This document shows positions 9,163 to 18,614 of a stretch of 24,517 nt of DNA, one piece after another. Numbering within the stretch: position 1 is the stretch's first letter; each line of letters opens with the position of its first letter. The notes beneath the pieces are model-generated. The model worked only from the letters and a program-made list of their open reading frames with translations. It did not search any database and was not told where the DNA came from. Made by a program: the position numbers and the translations under genes. The stretch is from NCBI GenBank assembly GCA_044226625.1, contig JBGAGQ010000081.1, positions 1-24,517 on the forward strand, given 5' to 3'. This DNA is from Thermoanaerobaculia bacterium (GTDB lineage Bacteria; Acidobacteriota; Thermoanaerobaculia; Multivoradales; UBA5704).

Positions 9163-11148
9163 ATGGGCAGAGATCGTCTCGAGCTGTTTCTCGCCAGCTT
9201 TCTGATGCTGTTCGCCGAGCTGGTCCTGATCCGCTGGACGAGCGCGCACGTGGTGTATCTGTCGTATTTCTCGAACTTCGTTCTGCTCGGCAGCTTCCTC
9301 GGCATCGGGCTCGGGTTCCTGCGCGCGGCGAAACGCCCCGATCTGTTCCGCTGGGCGCCCCTCGTCCTCCTCGTCGTCACCGCGCCGATCATGTTCCAGC
9401 CGGTGGTCATCGACCGCAGCGGCGGCGACCTGATCTATTTCGGCTCGATCACGTTTCATGGCCTCCCGTCCTGGTTCGTCCTCCCTTCGGTCTTCCTCGC
9501 GGTCACCGCGGCGATGGCCGCGGTCGCCCACGGGGTCGCGGTCCGCTTCGGGCGACTCGCGCCGCTCGAGGCCTATCGATTCGACATCCTCGGCTCGCTC
9601 GTCGGCGTGGTGGTCTTTGCGCTGCTCGCCTGGGTGAGCGCGCCGCCGGTCGCCTGGGCGCTGGTCGTGGCGCTGCTCTTCCTGCCGCTGCTCAAGCGTC
9701 GCGGCTGGGTCTTCGCGGTCAACCTGATCGCCCTGCTGGGAATGATCGGCGTCTTCGGCTACGCGAGCTTCCGGAAGAACCAAAGCTGGTCGCCTTATTA
9801 CCGGGTCGAGGTGCTCCCCCAATACATCCGCGTCAACGGCATCCCGCACCAGGCGATGATCCGGACGCCGGGGAGCTACTACGAGACGCCGTACAAGATG
9901 GCTGCCGGACCGATCCGCGACGTCCTGGTGATCGGCGCGGGCAACGGCAACGACGTGGCGGCGGCTCTGCGCGCGGGAGTCGCCCATGTGGACGCGGTGG
10001 AGATCGACCCGCAGATCCAGGCGGTCGGCCGGGCGCGCCACCCCGAGCACCCGTATTCCGACCCGCGGGTGCGGGCGATCGTCGACGACGGCCGCGCCTT
10101 CCTCGGCCGCACGACGAGCTCTTACGACCTGATCATCCTCGCGCTTCCCGATTCGCTCACCCTGGTGAGCGGTCAATCGGCGATCCGGCTGGAGAGCTAT
10201 CTGTTCACGGAAGAGGCGATCGAAGCGGCGCGCGAACGGCTGCGGCCGGGGGGCGCGTTCGTCCTCTACAACTACTACCGCGAAACTTGGCTGCTCGACC
10301 GGATCGCGGGCACCGTCGCCGACACCTTCGGGACGGCTCCTTGCCTGGAGCTCGGACCCGAACCGACCAAAAAGCAGAAGACGACCGGGCGCTTTTCGAT
10401 GCTCCTCGTGGGCCGCGAGCCGGGAGGCGTGCGCTGCGGCCAGCGTTGGCAGCCCGAGGCGGCGCGGATCGCCCCGGCGACGGATGACCATCCGTACGTC
10501 TACCTGAAGCAGCGACAGCTGCCGGCGCGCTACGCCATGACCCTCGGCTTGGTGCTCCTCGTCTCGTTCGTCCTGGTCCGCGTCGCGGGCGGCAAGATCT
10601 CGGCGATGCGGGGCGCGCTCGATCTGTTCGCGATGGGGGCCGCGTTCATGGTGCTCGAAACCAAGAGCGTGGTCCAGTTCGCGCTCCTGTTCGGCACCAC
10701 CTGGTTCGTCAACGCGCTGGTCTTCGCGGGGATCCTCGCCACGGTCCTGATCGCGATCGAGGTCGAGCGAAAAGTGCGGATCGGCCGACCGCGGCTGCTG
10801 TTCGCGCTTCTCTTCGGCGGTCTCTTGCTCGCCGCTCTGGTCCCATCCTCGGCGCTCCTCGCGCTGGCCCCGTTGCCGCGGTTCGCCGCGGCGACGGCTC
10901 TCGCCTTCTTCCCGATCTTCCTCGCGAATCTGATCTTCGCCGAGCGCTTCCGCGACAGTGAGGACTCGACCCGAGACTTCGGCGCGAACCTGCTGGGTGC
11001 GATGGTCGGCGGCGCGCTGGAGTACCTCTCGCTGGTCACCGGGTATCGCGCCCTGCTCGGCTTGGTCGCCTTGCTCTATGGGATGGCCTGGATCTTCTCG
11101 CGATCGAGGTCGCGGCTCGCCGTCGGTAGCTCGAGCTCGACCCGATAG
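9163..11148 (+). CDS. Membrane-embedded spermidine-synthase-like SAM-dependent transferase
   Basis: N- and C-terminal TM bundles flank a class I SAM fold: VLVIGAGNGND, VEIDP, DDGRAFL, YDLII, ESYLFTEE and ATDDHPY. Confidence 0.85.
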   Translation: MGRDRLELFLASFLMLFAELVLIRWTSAHVVYLSYFSNFVLLGSFLGIGLGFLRAAKRPDLFRWAPLVLLVVTAPIMFQPVVIDRSGGDLIYFGSITFHGLPSWFVLPSVFLAVTAAMAAVAHGVAVRFGRLAPLEAYRFDILGSLVGVVVFALLAWVSAPPVAWALVVALLFLPLLKRRGWVFAVNLIALLGMIGVFGYASFRKNQSWSPYYRVEVLPQYIRVNGIPHQAMIRTPGSYYETPYKMAAGPIRDVLVIGAGNGNDVAAALRAGVAHVDAVEIDPQIQAVGRARHPEHPYSDPRVRAIVDDGRAFLGRTTSSYDLIILALPDSLTLVSGQSAIRLESYLFTEEAIEAARERLRPGGAFVLYNYYRETWLLDRIAGTVADTFGTAPCLELGPEPTKKQKTTGRFSMLLVGREPGGVRCGQRWQPEAARIAPATDDHPYVYLKQRQLPARYAMTLGLVLLVSFVLVRVAGGKISAMRGALDLFAMGAAFMVLETKSVVQFALLFGTTWFVNALVFAGILATVLIAIEVERKVRIGRPRLLFALLFGGLLLAALVPSSALLALAPLPRFAAATALAFFPIFLANLIFAERFRDSEDSTRDFGANLLGAMVGGALEYLSLVTGYRALLGLVALLYGMAWIFSRSRSRLAVGSSSSTR

Positions 11149-12200
11149 CGTCCGGGCGCGGCGAGGACACGGAGCGCCGCGCGCTCACCGTAGCGGCCGG
11201 CCAGCCGGGCGCGAACGTTCGCGAGACCCACGCCCTGTCCTTTAGCGCCGGACCGGCCGGAATCGCACGGGTTCTCGATCGCCAGATGCAGCCGAGGGCC
11301 GTCGCCGCTCCTCCCTTCGGCGACGAGGCGCGCCTCGATCCGGATCGCCCCTCCTTCCAGCAGCTCGGCGATGCCGTGGCGCACGGCGTTCTCGACCAGG
11401 GGCTGGAGGAGGAGAGGAGGCACCGGCCGGTCGAGTGCCGCGGGGTCGAGATCCTCCTCGACCGTCAACCGGTTGCCGAAGCGCGCCCGCTCGACCGAGA
11501 GGTAGGACGAGACGAGCGCCGCCTCCTCGGCGAGCGGGATCTCCTCGGTCGCTCCGACGTTCAGGCTGCGGCGCAGGAACTCGGCGAGCAGGATCGACAT
11601 ACGCCGCGCGGCGGGAGGATCGCTCGCGGCGAGGGCGGCGATCGTGTTCAGGGCGTTGAACAGGAAGTGGGGATCGAGCTGGGACCGTAGCGCCTTCCAT
11701 TCGGCCTCCCGGGCGAGCAAACGCTGGGCGAGGGCTCGGCGCTCGGCCGCGCTGCCCGCCGCGAGGGCGAGCAGGAGATAGTGGAACGCGACGGCGAGCA
11801 GATAGAGCGGCACGCCGAGAGCGAACAGGACCGGCGCCACCGCCGGGAAGCGCTGGTCGAGTCGGTCCAGCCCGGAGACCGACGAGAGGAGCAGCAGCCA
11901 ACCACGCCCGACCAAAGCGAGAAGGGCGCCCGAGGCGAACGCCGCGACCAGATGGCCGCCCAGGACCTCCAGCACCTGCCGGGCGCTTCGGCCGGAATCG
12001 AGCGGCAGCGCGCGGCAGAGGTACCAAGCGGAGAGACAGAGGTAGGCGAAGAGGTAGGCGAGCGGCAGGCCGACGAGCGCCGCCTCGGCCGGCGCGAGCT
12101 CTCCACGCCAGACGAGCAGAACGACGATCAGCGCGGCGAGCGGGCTCCACCCCAGGAGATAGAGCCCGAGCCGCCCGCGGCCTGCGAAGATCGGATGCAC
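11076..12200 (-). CDS. LytS/YehU-family sensor histidine kinase
   Basis: H-box ALRSQLDPHFLFNALNTI, ERARFGNRL, N-box LQPLVENAVRHG, G-box GQGVGLANVRARL and N-terminal TM helices. Start GTG 12200 (MHPIF). Confidence 0.92.
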   Translation of the reverse strand: MHPIFAGRGRLGLYLLGWSPLAALIVVLLVWRGELAPAEAALVGLPLAYLFAYLCLSAWYLCRALPLDSGRSARQVLEVLGGHLVAAFASGALLALVGRGWLLLLSSVSGLDRLDQRFPAVAPVLFALGVPLYLLAVAFHYLLLALAAGSAAERRALAQRLLAREAEWKALRSQLDPHFLFNALNTIAALAASDPPAARRMSILLAEFLRRSLNVGATEEIPLAEEAALVSSYLSVERARFGNRLTVEEDLDPAALDRPVPPLLLQPLVENAVRHGIAELLEGGAIRIEARLVAEGRSGDGPRLHLAIENPCDSGRSGAKGQGVGLANVRARLAGRYGERAALRVLAAPGRYRVELELPTASRDLDREKIQAIP

Positions 12201-12238
12201 TGGAGGTGGCCCTCGAGCCGTCGGGTCGCGAAGGGCGC

Positions 12239-12991
12239 CTAGAAGTCCCGCTTCCGTTGATTCATGATCTCGACTCCGCCCATCAGAACGAAGCCTTTGA
12301 TCACCAAGCGGCCCGTGGGAATCGACGACGGCACCGGCCGATGCTCCTCGAACGAGCCGAGAATCGGCGTGGCGTTGACGACCACCGCCCAGCCCTCGGG
12401 CACCAGGATGTCGATCCCTCCCCACACGGCGAACAGGTCGAGCACCGCTTCGCTTCCCTCGGGCATCGTCGCGCCCCGGAGATCGATCTCGCAGGCGCCG
12501 AGGACCGCGGAAGCCTGACCACCGCGAAACGCGGTGGAAGTGCTCGTCACCTTCGACGATCCCAGCAAGGCGAACGTGTTCACCTCGGCGCTCGCATCGG
12601 CCGTCGAGGATCCCCGCCGCCGCCACGAACGCCGCGGCGAGGTCATCATGCGGATGCCGACCAGCAGGAGGACGCCGGGCGCGATGAGGTCGCCGCGGAT
12701 CGGAAAATCGACCCAATGCCGCAGGAGGATCGCGCCGAAGATCACGATCATGAGGGCGCCGAAGAATCTCTGGCCGTCGCGGCGCGGCTGGAGGACTTTG
12801 ACCACGCCGATCGCGATCGGGAACAGCGGCCAGAGGTAGATCCAATCGTCGGCGCTGAGGACGTCGAAACGGTCGAGCATGAGCAGACCGCCGAACAGGA
12901 AGAGGAAGAGCCCGAAGATCGCTCGGCCTCCGTTCCAGCTGCTGTCGCAGCGGGACGCCGGGCGGTCGGTAGAGGAGGGAAGAGGTTCCAT
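12239..12991 (-). CDS. LiaF-like membrane protein (DUF5668 TM region + DUF2154 C-terminal domain)
   Basis: Four TM helices (YLWPLFPIAIG) followed by FRGGQASAVLGACEIDLR and AVWGGIDILVPEGW; AGGAG RBS. Confidence 0.85.
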   Translation of the reverse strand: MEPLPSSTDRPASRCDSSWNGGRAIFGLFLFLFGGLLMLDRFDVLSADDWIYLWPLFPIAIGVVKVLQPRRDGQRFFGALMIVIFGAILLRHWVDFPIRGDLIAPGVLLLVGIRMMTSPRRSWRRRGSSTADASAEVNTFALLGSSKVTSTSTAFRGGQASAVLGACEIDLRGATMPEGSEAVLDLFAVWGGIDILVPEGWAVVVNATPILGSFEEHRPVPSSIPTGRLVIKGFVLMGGVEIMNQRKRDF

Positions 12992-13043
12992 CGTCCGAGT
13001 CTCCTAGGTGGAGGGCTGCGACGTGCCGCCCTCCTTCGACTTG

Positions 13044-13116
13044 AAGTTACGCGGCGGCCGTTCGGAAGTCTCGCGCCGAACGGCGAACGGCGGTTTCCGA
13101 CCGGCGAATGGCGGTT
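13044..13116 (-). promoter_or_regulatory. LytTR-type direct-repeat operator (21-bp period) upstream of -10 TAACTT
   Basis: CCGAACGGCGAACGGCGGTT (13076-13095) and CCGACCGGCGAATGGCGGTT (13097-13116) are 18/20 identical. Minus-strand core is CCRTTCGCC. aagtta at 13044-13049. Confidence 0.7.
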
Positions 13117-13165
13117 GCGCCCCCCGGGGATCGAGCCGGCCCGCTGCGGCGAGCCCGAGGGCGGC

Positions 13166-15169
13166 TCACTCGGCCGAGAGGATCCGTCGCAACAGAAGCA
13201 GCAGACCGAGGCCCGCGAGACCGAGGACCACCGGCAGAAGGAAGCGCAATCCGCGCGGCTCGTCGCGGACGACCGGCGCGAGCTCGCCGGCCTGCCAGGG
13301 ACGTCCGAGCAGCTCGCCGGTCAAGGCGGCCAGGTCGTAGTCGGGCGCGGCGACCGAGTCGGCCCCCGCGAGCAGGCGCACCTTGGCCGAGTTGCCGGGC
13401 CAGACGAAAACCAGGAGATCGCGGCGGCGCCAGACCGCGAGCTCCACCTCGCCGAGCGGCGCGTTGTCTCCGTCGTCGAAACGGACCGCGATTCGCGGGG
13501 CTCCGGATCCTTCGAGCGGCAGGAGAGTCCGGCAAGGGAGCGGCGGCATCGGGTTGCACTCCCAGAGCGTCCCACCGATCGTCGTCTCGCGGCCGGAGGG
13601 CTCGGGGTTGCGCGGACGGACGGCGAGGACCTCCAGCCTCCGACGGAGCGGACCGTTCGGGGTCGAGATCGAGAGCTGCGTCCACGGCGAGCGCGAGGCG
13701 GGAAGGTCGAGCTCCACCCGACTCCAGCCGCGGCGACGCTCGGCCTCCGCGCGGGTTCCCCAGGCGACCGCCGAGCGTAGCGGCTCGGGCGCGGTCCAGC
13801 GGACGTAGGGAATTTGACGCGCGCCGACGGCCAGGCGGAGATCCCCGAGGTCCCCGTGCGCCGCGGCATAGACGCCATCCGGAATCTCCAACCGGACGAC
13901 GTCTCCCGCCGAGGCGCCGGGGGCCGCGACTTCCCAAGACGATGGAAAGGCCTCCAGGGTGAGGGATGCGCCAGGATCCGCCGCGTGCGGCAAGGGCGGC
14001 GCGGGGCGCGCTCGCTCCGGACCGGCGAGGACCTCCGCCGGATCGACCTCCCCGTCGCTCTCGACCCGCGGGGGCGAACCCGCGCCCGCGCCATAGATCA
14101 GGGTGTAACGCCCCGCGGCCGACGCGCGGAACGAGACCTCCCGCGGCGCGATCTCCAGCCGCACGCCGGACAGCTCGGGCGGCGCTCCGGTCGCGTAGAG
14201 CGACAGGTAGAGGACGTCGCCCGCGGTCACTCCGGCGTCGAGGTTCAGGAGATGCCGGGTTTGCCCCGCGCCTGGCTCCATGGGTTCCGCCGCCTCCGCT
14301 CCACCCGCGGCAGCTACCGGACGTTGCCATACGCCCTCGGCGAGCGTTGTGAAACGCCCTCCGTCGGGCACCTCGACGAGATAGCCGACCGGGCCGGCTC
14401 CCGAGAGCGAAAGCTCGAGCCGGCGAACGGCCGTACCCGCGGCAGGCAGGTTGATCCGACAGGAAACGGCGCCGCTGCCGCCTCGCTCGCAGGTCGTCTC
14501 GGCGGTCGTGAGCGCGATCGACGATCCGGCCGAAAGCTCCAGCTCGACCCCGCGCAGCTCCGGGAAACCGGCCGACTTCGGCCAAGAGAGCCGAAGGTAG
14601 CGGACCGACGTCGGCGGATACGAAAGCGCGGTGCGCTCGAGTCCGCCGTCCCCTTCGCCGAGCCGAAACAGATCCCCCTCGGTGAGCGGCTGCCAGCTCT
14701 TGCGATCGGTGCTCCCTTCGAGCTTGACCGAGGTCGCCGCGGTCCGCCGATCGAGGTCGAAGATCAGTTGCTCGTGAGCGGGAGCGCCCTCGCCAGCGTC
14801 GAGCGTGAGGCGCCAACCGGTAGCGTCGGGTTTGAGATCGATCACCCGCGCCGCACGGCGACCTGGACGCACCGGCGGGCTCACGAGGCGGCGGGCCACC
14901 TCCGTGCCGTCCGGTCCGATCACGCGCAGGTCGGCGCCGTCCGGCGCGACGTGGCGGAGGGCCGAAAGGTCGAGCGCCACCCGGACCCAGCCGGGCGCCG
15001 CCACCTCGAGATCGCGCTCGAAGATTCGCGCCGGTTCCAGCGCGGCGAGCGAGGTGCCGACCCCGAGGAGACCGACGAGAGCCGACAGGGCGAGCGGACG
15101 GACCTTCCGTTCGCCCCAAAAGGTGCGAAGGGACCGGGTGCGGATGGACTTGCTGCGGATGGACCTCAT
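13166..15169 (-). CDS. DUF3999-like exported protein with C-terminal membrane anchor
   Basis: Signal peptide, two copies of a DLR(V/L)..G motif, DDGDNAPL, PDYDL and a C-terminal TM with basic tail. ATG 15169 is coupled (ATGA) to the DUF2339 stop. Confidence 0.75.
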   Translation of the reverse strand: MRSIRSKSIRTRSLRTFWGERKVRPLALSALVGLLGVGTSLAALEPARIFERDLEVAAPGWVRVALDLSALRHVAPDGADLRVIGPDGTEVARRLVSPPVRPGRRAARVIDLKPDATGWRLTLDAGEGAPAHEQLIFDLDRRTAATSVKLEGSTDRKSWQPLTEGDLFRLGEGDGGLERTALSYPPTSVRYLRLSWPKSAGFPELRGVELELSAGSSIALTTAETTCERGGSGAVSCRINLPAAGTAVRRLELSLSGAGPVGYLVEVPDGGRFTTLAEGVWQRPVAAAGGAEAAEPMEPGAGQTRHLLNLDAGVTAGDVLYLSLYATGAPPELSGVRLEIAPREVSFRASAAGRYTLIYGAGAGSPPRVESDGEVDPAEVLAGPERARPAPPLPHAADPGASLTLEAFPSSWEVAAPGASAGDVVRLEIPDGVYAAAHGDLGDLRLAVGARQIPYVRWTAPEPLRSAVAWGTRAEAERRRGWSRVELDLPASRSPWTQLSISTPNGPLRRRLEVLAVRPRNPEPSGRETTIGGTLWECNPMPPLPCRTLLPLEGSGAPRIAVRFDDGDNAPLGEVELAVWRRRDLLVFVWPGNSAKVRLLAGADSVAAPDYDLAALTGELLGRPWQAGELAPVVRDEPRGLRFLLPVVLGLAGLGLLLLLRRILSAE

Positions 15170-17946
15170 GTGGAAGTTCCTTCGCGCTCTTCCTCCGCGC
15201 GGCCGAACACGAACTTCTGGTAGACGAACGCCAGGCCGAGCAGCGAGGCGCCCAGGCCAAGGAAGGAAACGACCCGATACAGGCCTGTGAGGTTCGAGGC
15301 GTCGTAGAGAAAGACCTTCGCCACCGCGAGCGAGGTGATGGCGAGCGATGCCCAACGAAGCGCCCGGCTCTTCCTCCGCACGCCGAGCGCCAGGAGGACC
15401 AACCCGAAGACGAGCCAGGCGACCGAGTAGGCGTACCGCTCGGCGATCGAGGTGGCGCCCTGCCCTAAGAGGCCGCCATGGAAGGCTTGGCGGACTTCGA
15501 GCGTAAGGAGCAGGAACGCGAGCAGCAGGGACGCGACGACGAACGCCTTTGCGCTCCGGAGCCAGCCGCGGCGCGAGAGCTCTCGGAAAGCGATCTGAAA
15601 GAGGACGATCGGCACGCCGAAGCCGTAGAGGAGGAGGTTTACGACCGGCAGGGAACCCACGTCCGAACCTTCCCAAAGCGGGTTGAGCAGGAAAGGAGGT
15701 CCGACGAGGGTCGAGGCGAATCCGGCACCCAGCAGCGCGGCACCGCCCCAGCAGAACGCCCTTCGGCCGTTGCGCCGTTCGATCCAGAGCAGACCGAGAC
15801 CCAGAAGCAGCCACGCCGCGTCGTAGCTGCTCCATTCGGCAAACGTCGGCCCGCCGTGCGCGAGACGTCCCGGGTGGAAGATCTGGCGGATCTCCAAGGT
15901 GATCAGGCCGACAGCGAAACCGATCGCGCCGAGCTCGAGCTCCAACGCCAACCGGGCCGGGGAGCTCTTGGCCCCCTCGTCGGTCGCTGGCGGCGCCGGC
16001 CGTTCCCGAGCGAGCTTCGCCGCGAGCGCGAAGGCCGCCAAAGGAACGCCGTAGCCGTAGAGGAGCCAGTTCCAGAGCGGATGGGTGCCGAGCGGGTAAT
16101 CGAGCACCGCCGGGTTGAGCAGGAGCCGGACGACCACCAATCCGCCCACGACGCGCGCGAGCGTTCTCAAGGCCGGCAGATCGAAGCGGCGGTCGAGCCA
16201 GACCAGAGCCGCGACCTCGACCGCCCAGGCGACCGCGATCCACGGCTTCGAAAGCTCCAGGGGAGCGGCAAAGCTGACGAAGGTCGTGATCGCCGCGGCG
16301 AGCGCCGCGAGGGCGGGCGAAAGCTCCAGCCGCGACCGGCGGCGAGCCGCCAGCGGTAGTGCGCCGACGAGGAAAAGGAGCGCCAGGCCGAGCGACCAGG
16401 CGCCGAAGCGGACCCCGGCGAGCCGCTCGTTACCGAACCCCCAGACGATCAGGAAGAACGCGACCGCGGCCGCCGCGGCAAGGCTTCCCCACCGGCCCGG
16501 CCGGCGGGCGCGCCAAAGCCCGGCGTACCCGCCGAGGACGAAGACCGCGCCGAGCGCCGCCGAGCCGAGGACGAAGCGGACGACCTCGGCGCTCGTCGAA
16601 GCGCCGTCGAGGGCGCCGCCCCACGCGGTCGAGAGCGCCGCGGTCATGGCCGCCGAGACCCAGGCGAGCGGCTCGAGGTCCGAGCGGCGATGCGCGACGA
16701 AGAGCGCTCCGGCGCCGAGCAAACCGAACATGGCGACCTCGGGCAAGGCGAAATCGCCGCGCCCCACGACGAAGGCGAGGACGCCGAGCGCCGCCGCGAC
16801 CGCGAGGCCCGCGAGCGCGACCTGGCCGCCGCGCGGCTCGCCGGGTGTCGTGTCGCGCCTCGGAACGCCGAGCGCCGCGAACACCGCCGAGGCGGCGGAC
16901 ACCAGCAGGAAGAGGGCGAGGAAGATACCGTCGCCCGTCTTGTACGGTTGGGAGAGCCAGATCCCGACCCAGAGCAATCCCGCGGCGAACGAGGCGCCCG
17001 CGATCGGCCACCACGCGCGCTTTTTCGACACGGCGAGCAGGCCGATCTCCAGCACCAGCAGGTAGGCGAACAACTTCGAGGCGTCTCCCGAGCCGGTGCG
17101 CACGAGCAAGGGCGTGAGGTATCCGCCGATCAGCCCGACGATCGCGACGATCGGCCCCTGCCGGAGCGACAACGCGACCGCGACCACCGTGGTGAGGACC
17201 ATCAGCGCAAAACCGACTCCCGGAGGGATCAGGCGATAGAGATGGATGCCGGCGAGGAAACAGGCGAACAGATCGGCGATGCCGGCCGCCGACAGCGCTT
17301 CGCCGATCCGGGCGCTCTTCTTTCGCATCCATTCGCCGCCCGCCAGCAGGACGAGACCGAACGCGATTCCGAGCGCCACGCGGATCGCTGGCGAGATCCA
17401 TCCCTGCTCGAACGAGTACTTGACCAGGAAGACGCCGGCCAGGGCGAGCGCGATCGCGCCGAGCCAAATCGGCGCGCGCGTCGCCAGGTTCTTCTCCCAC
17501 CCCTCGAACGGCCGCCGCGCGGGCCCGGCGGGAGGGAAGGGAGCCACGGGAGCCTGGGGGGCCGAAACTCGAGGCGAGGGAACCGGAGCGGCCGACGGCG
17601 AGACGACCGGCGCATCGGTGGACGCAGGGGTTATCGGCGGAACGGAGACCGCCGCAGGGAAAACCGGAGAAGGTGGAGCCACCGAAACGACTTCGGAGGA
17701 GGGAGTCACCGGAAGGGCCGGACCCGCCGCGGCCTGGGGCCCGGTCGGAGCTTCGACGACGCCTACGAGTGCCTCTCCCTCGAGCGGCTCACGACGCTCT
17801 AGACGAGCGAGCCGCTGCTCCAGCTGCACCATCTGGCGGGCCAAGGGCTCCAGCCGGGGATCCACCATCGGCCGGCGCGACAGGCGGATGACCCAGACGA
17901 GAAGGCCGAACACGATGAGGCCGAGTACCGCGCCGAAGCACTCCAT
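15166..17946 (-). CDS. DUF2339 large polytopic membrane protein
   Basis: Pro-rich linker, WEKNL..WLG..GVFLVKYSFEQGWISPAIRV, GLIGGYLTPLL and C-terminal AKVFLYDASNLTGLYRVVSFLGLG. Confidence 0.9.
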   Translation of the reverse strand: MECFGAVLGLIVFGLLVWVIRLSRRPMVDPRLEPLARQMVQLEQRLARLERREPLEGEALVGVVEAPTGPQAAAGPALPVTPSSEVVSVAPPSPVFPAAVSVPPITPASTDAPVVSPSAAPVPSPRVSAPQAPVAPFPPAGPARRPFEGWEKNLATRAPIWLGAIALALAGVFLVKYSFEQGWISPAIRVALGIAFGLVLLAGGEWMRKKSARIGEALSAAGIADLFACFLAGIHLYRLIPPGVGFALMVLTTVVAVALSLRQGPIVAIVGLIGGYLTPLLVRTGSGDASKLFAYLLVLEIGLLAVSKKRAWWPIAGASFAAGLLWVGIWLSQPYKTGDGIFLALFLLVSAASAVFAALGVPRRDTTPGEPRGGQVALAGLAVAAALGVLAFVVGRGDFALPEVAMFGLLGAGALFVAHRRSDLEPLAWVSAAMTAALSTAWGGALDGASTSAEVVRFVLGSAALGAVFVLGGYAGLWRARRPGRWGSLAAAAAVAFFLIVWGFGNERLAGVRFGAWSLGLALLFLVGALPLAARRRSRLELSPALAALAAAITTFVSFAAPLELSKPWIAVAWAVEVAALVWLDRRFDLPALRTLARVVGGLVVVRLLLNPAVLDYPLGTHPLWNWLLYGYGVPLAAFALAAKLARERPAPPATDEGAKSSPARLALELELGAIGFAVGLITLEIRQIFHPGRLAHGGPTFAEWSSYDAAWLLLGLGLLWIERRNGRRAFCWGGAALLGAGFASTLVGPPFLLNPLWEGSDVGSLPVVNLLLYGFGVPIVLFQIAFRELSRRGWLRSAKAFVVASLLLAFLLLTLEVRQAFHGGLLGQGATSIAERYAYSVAWLVFGLVLLALGVRRKSRALRWASLAITSLAVAKVFLYDASNLTGLYRVVSFLGLGASLLGLAFVYQKFVFGRAEEEREGTST

Positions 17947-17981
17947 GATCCCGTGACGCCTTTCCCGAAGAGTCCACGGGC

Positions 17982-17991
17982 TAGACTATCA
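17982..17991. promoter_or_regulatory. Candidate bidirectional promoter with overlapping -10 boxes (TAGACT on +, TGaTAGTCT on -)
   Basis: ctagactatca lies between the divergent DUF2339 and DUF4442 genes. Confidence 0.5.
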
Positions 17992-18026
17992 CCGGGCTTT
18001 TCGCCCCTTCCGGCCTCGCGCGACCC

Positions 18027-18614
18027 GTGACCGCACCCGAAACGCCTCACCCGAAACAGGCTCCCGGAGAGTCGCCCCGATCCTTGGCCGAACCTCCCGG
18101 CGCTCGAGGCGATCACGGCGATCGTTCGGGCGCGCCCGCCACCCCCACGCCTCGCCGTCGCGGCGGACGGCGTTGGCTGATGCGGCTGATGAACCTCTTC
18201 CCTCCCTATCTGGGCGCCGGGATCCGAGTGCGCCCGAACGACGACCTGACGGCGTTCGACGTGCGGATGAAGCTCCGGTGGTGGAACCGAAACTACGTCG
18301 GCACCCACTTCGGCGGCTCGCTCTATTCGCTCTGCGATCCCTTTTTCATGCTCATCCTCTTCGAAGCGCTCGGACCGGGCTACATCGTGTGGGACAAGGC
18401 CGCGAGCATCCGATTTCGACGCCCCGGACGGGGCACGGTCCACGCTCGGTTCGAGATTACCGCCGAGCGGGTGGCCGAAATCCGAAGCGCCGCGGACCGG
18501 GAGGGGAAAGTCGAGCCGCTTTTCACCGCCGAGGTGGTCGACGACGAGGGGCAGGTGATCGCGGAGGTCGAAAAGTTGCTGTACGTGCGGAAGAAAGCAC
18601 TGGCCTCGACTTAA
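18027..18614 (+). CDS. DUF4442 / PaaI-like hotdog-fold thioesterase
   Basis: MNLFPPYLGAGI, NRNYVGTHFGGSLYSLCDPF and YIVWDKAASIRF. Start uncertain because the N-terminus is low complexity. Confidence 0.88.
   Translation: MTAPETPHPKQAPGESPRSLAEPPGARGDHGDRSGAPATPTPRRRGGRRWLMRLMNLFPPYLGAGIRVRPNDDLTAFDVRMKLRWWNRNYVGTHFGGSLYSLCDPFFMLILFEALGPGYIVWDKAASIRFRRPGRGTVHARFEITAERVAEIRSAADREGKVEPLFTAEVVDDEGQVIAEVEKLLYVRKKALAST

Noticed and set aside
12201-12845. N-terminal extension of the kinase ORF (589 aa)
   Set aside because: It overlaps the liaF-like gene out of frame. GTG 12200 gives a normal TM sensor start.
13076-13116. CRISPR-like or coding repeat
   Set aside because: Only two adjacent copies with no spacer and no cas genes. 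A LytTR operator explains it better.
15139-15164. TGCGGATGGAC repeated with a 15-bp period
   Set aside because: Small in-frame duplication (SIRSK/SIRTR) in a signal-peptide n-region, with no sign of function.
15170-16243. N-terminal extension of the 1025-aa ORF 13166..16243
   Set aside because: Arg/Pro-rich off-frame read of DUF2339. The real start is the coupled ATG at 15169.
18611-18614. Convergent genes sharing a TTAA stop overlap
   Set aside because: Common compact arrangement; no evidence of an insertion target site.
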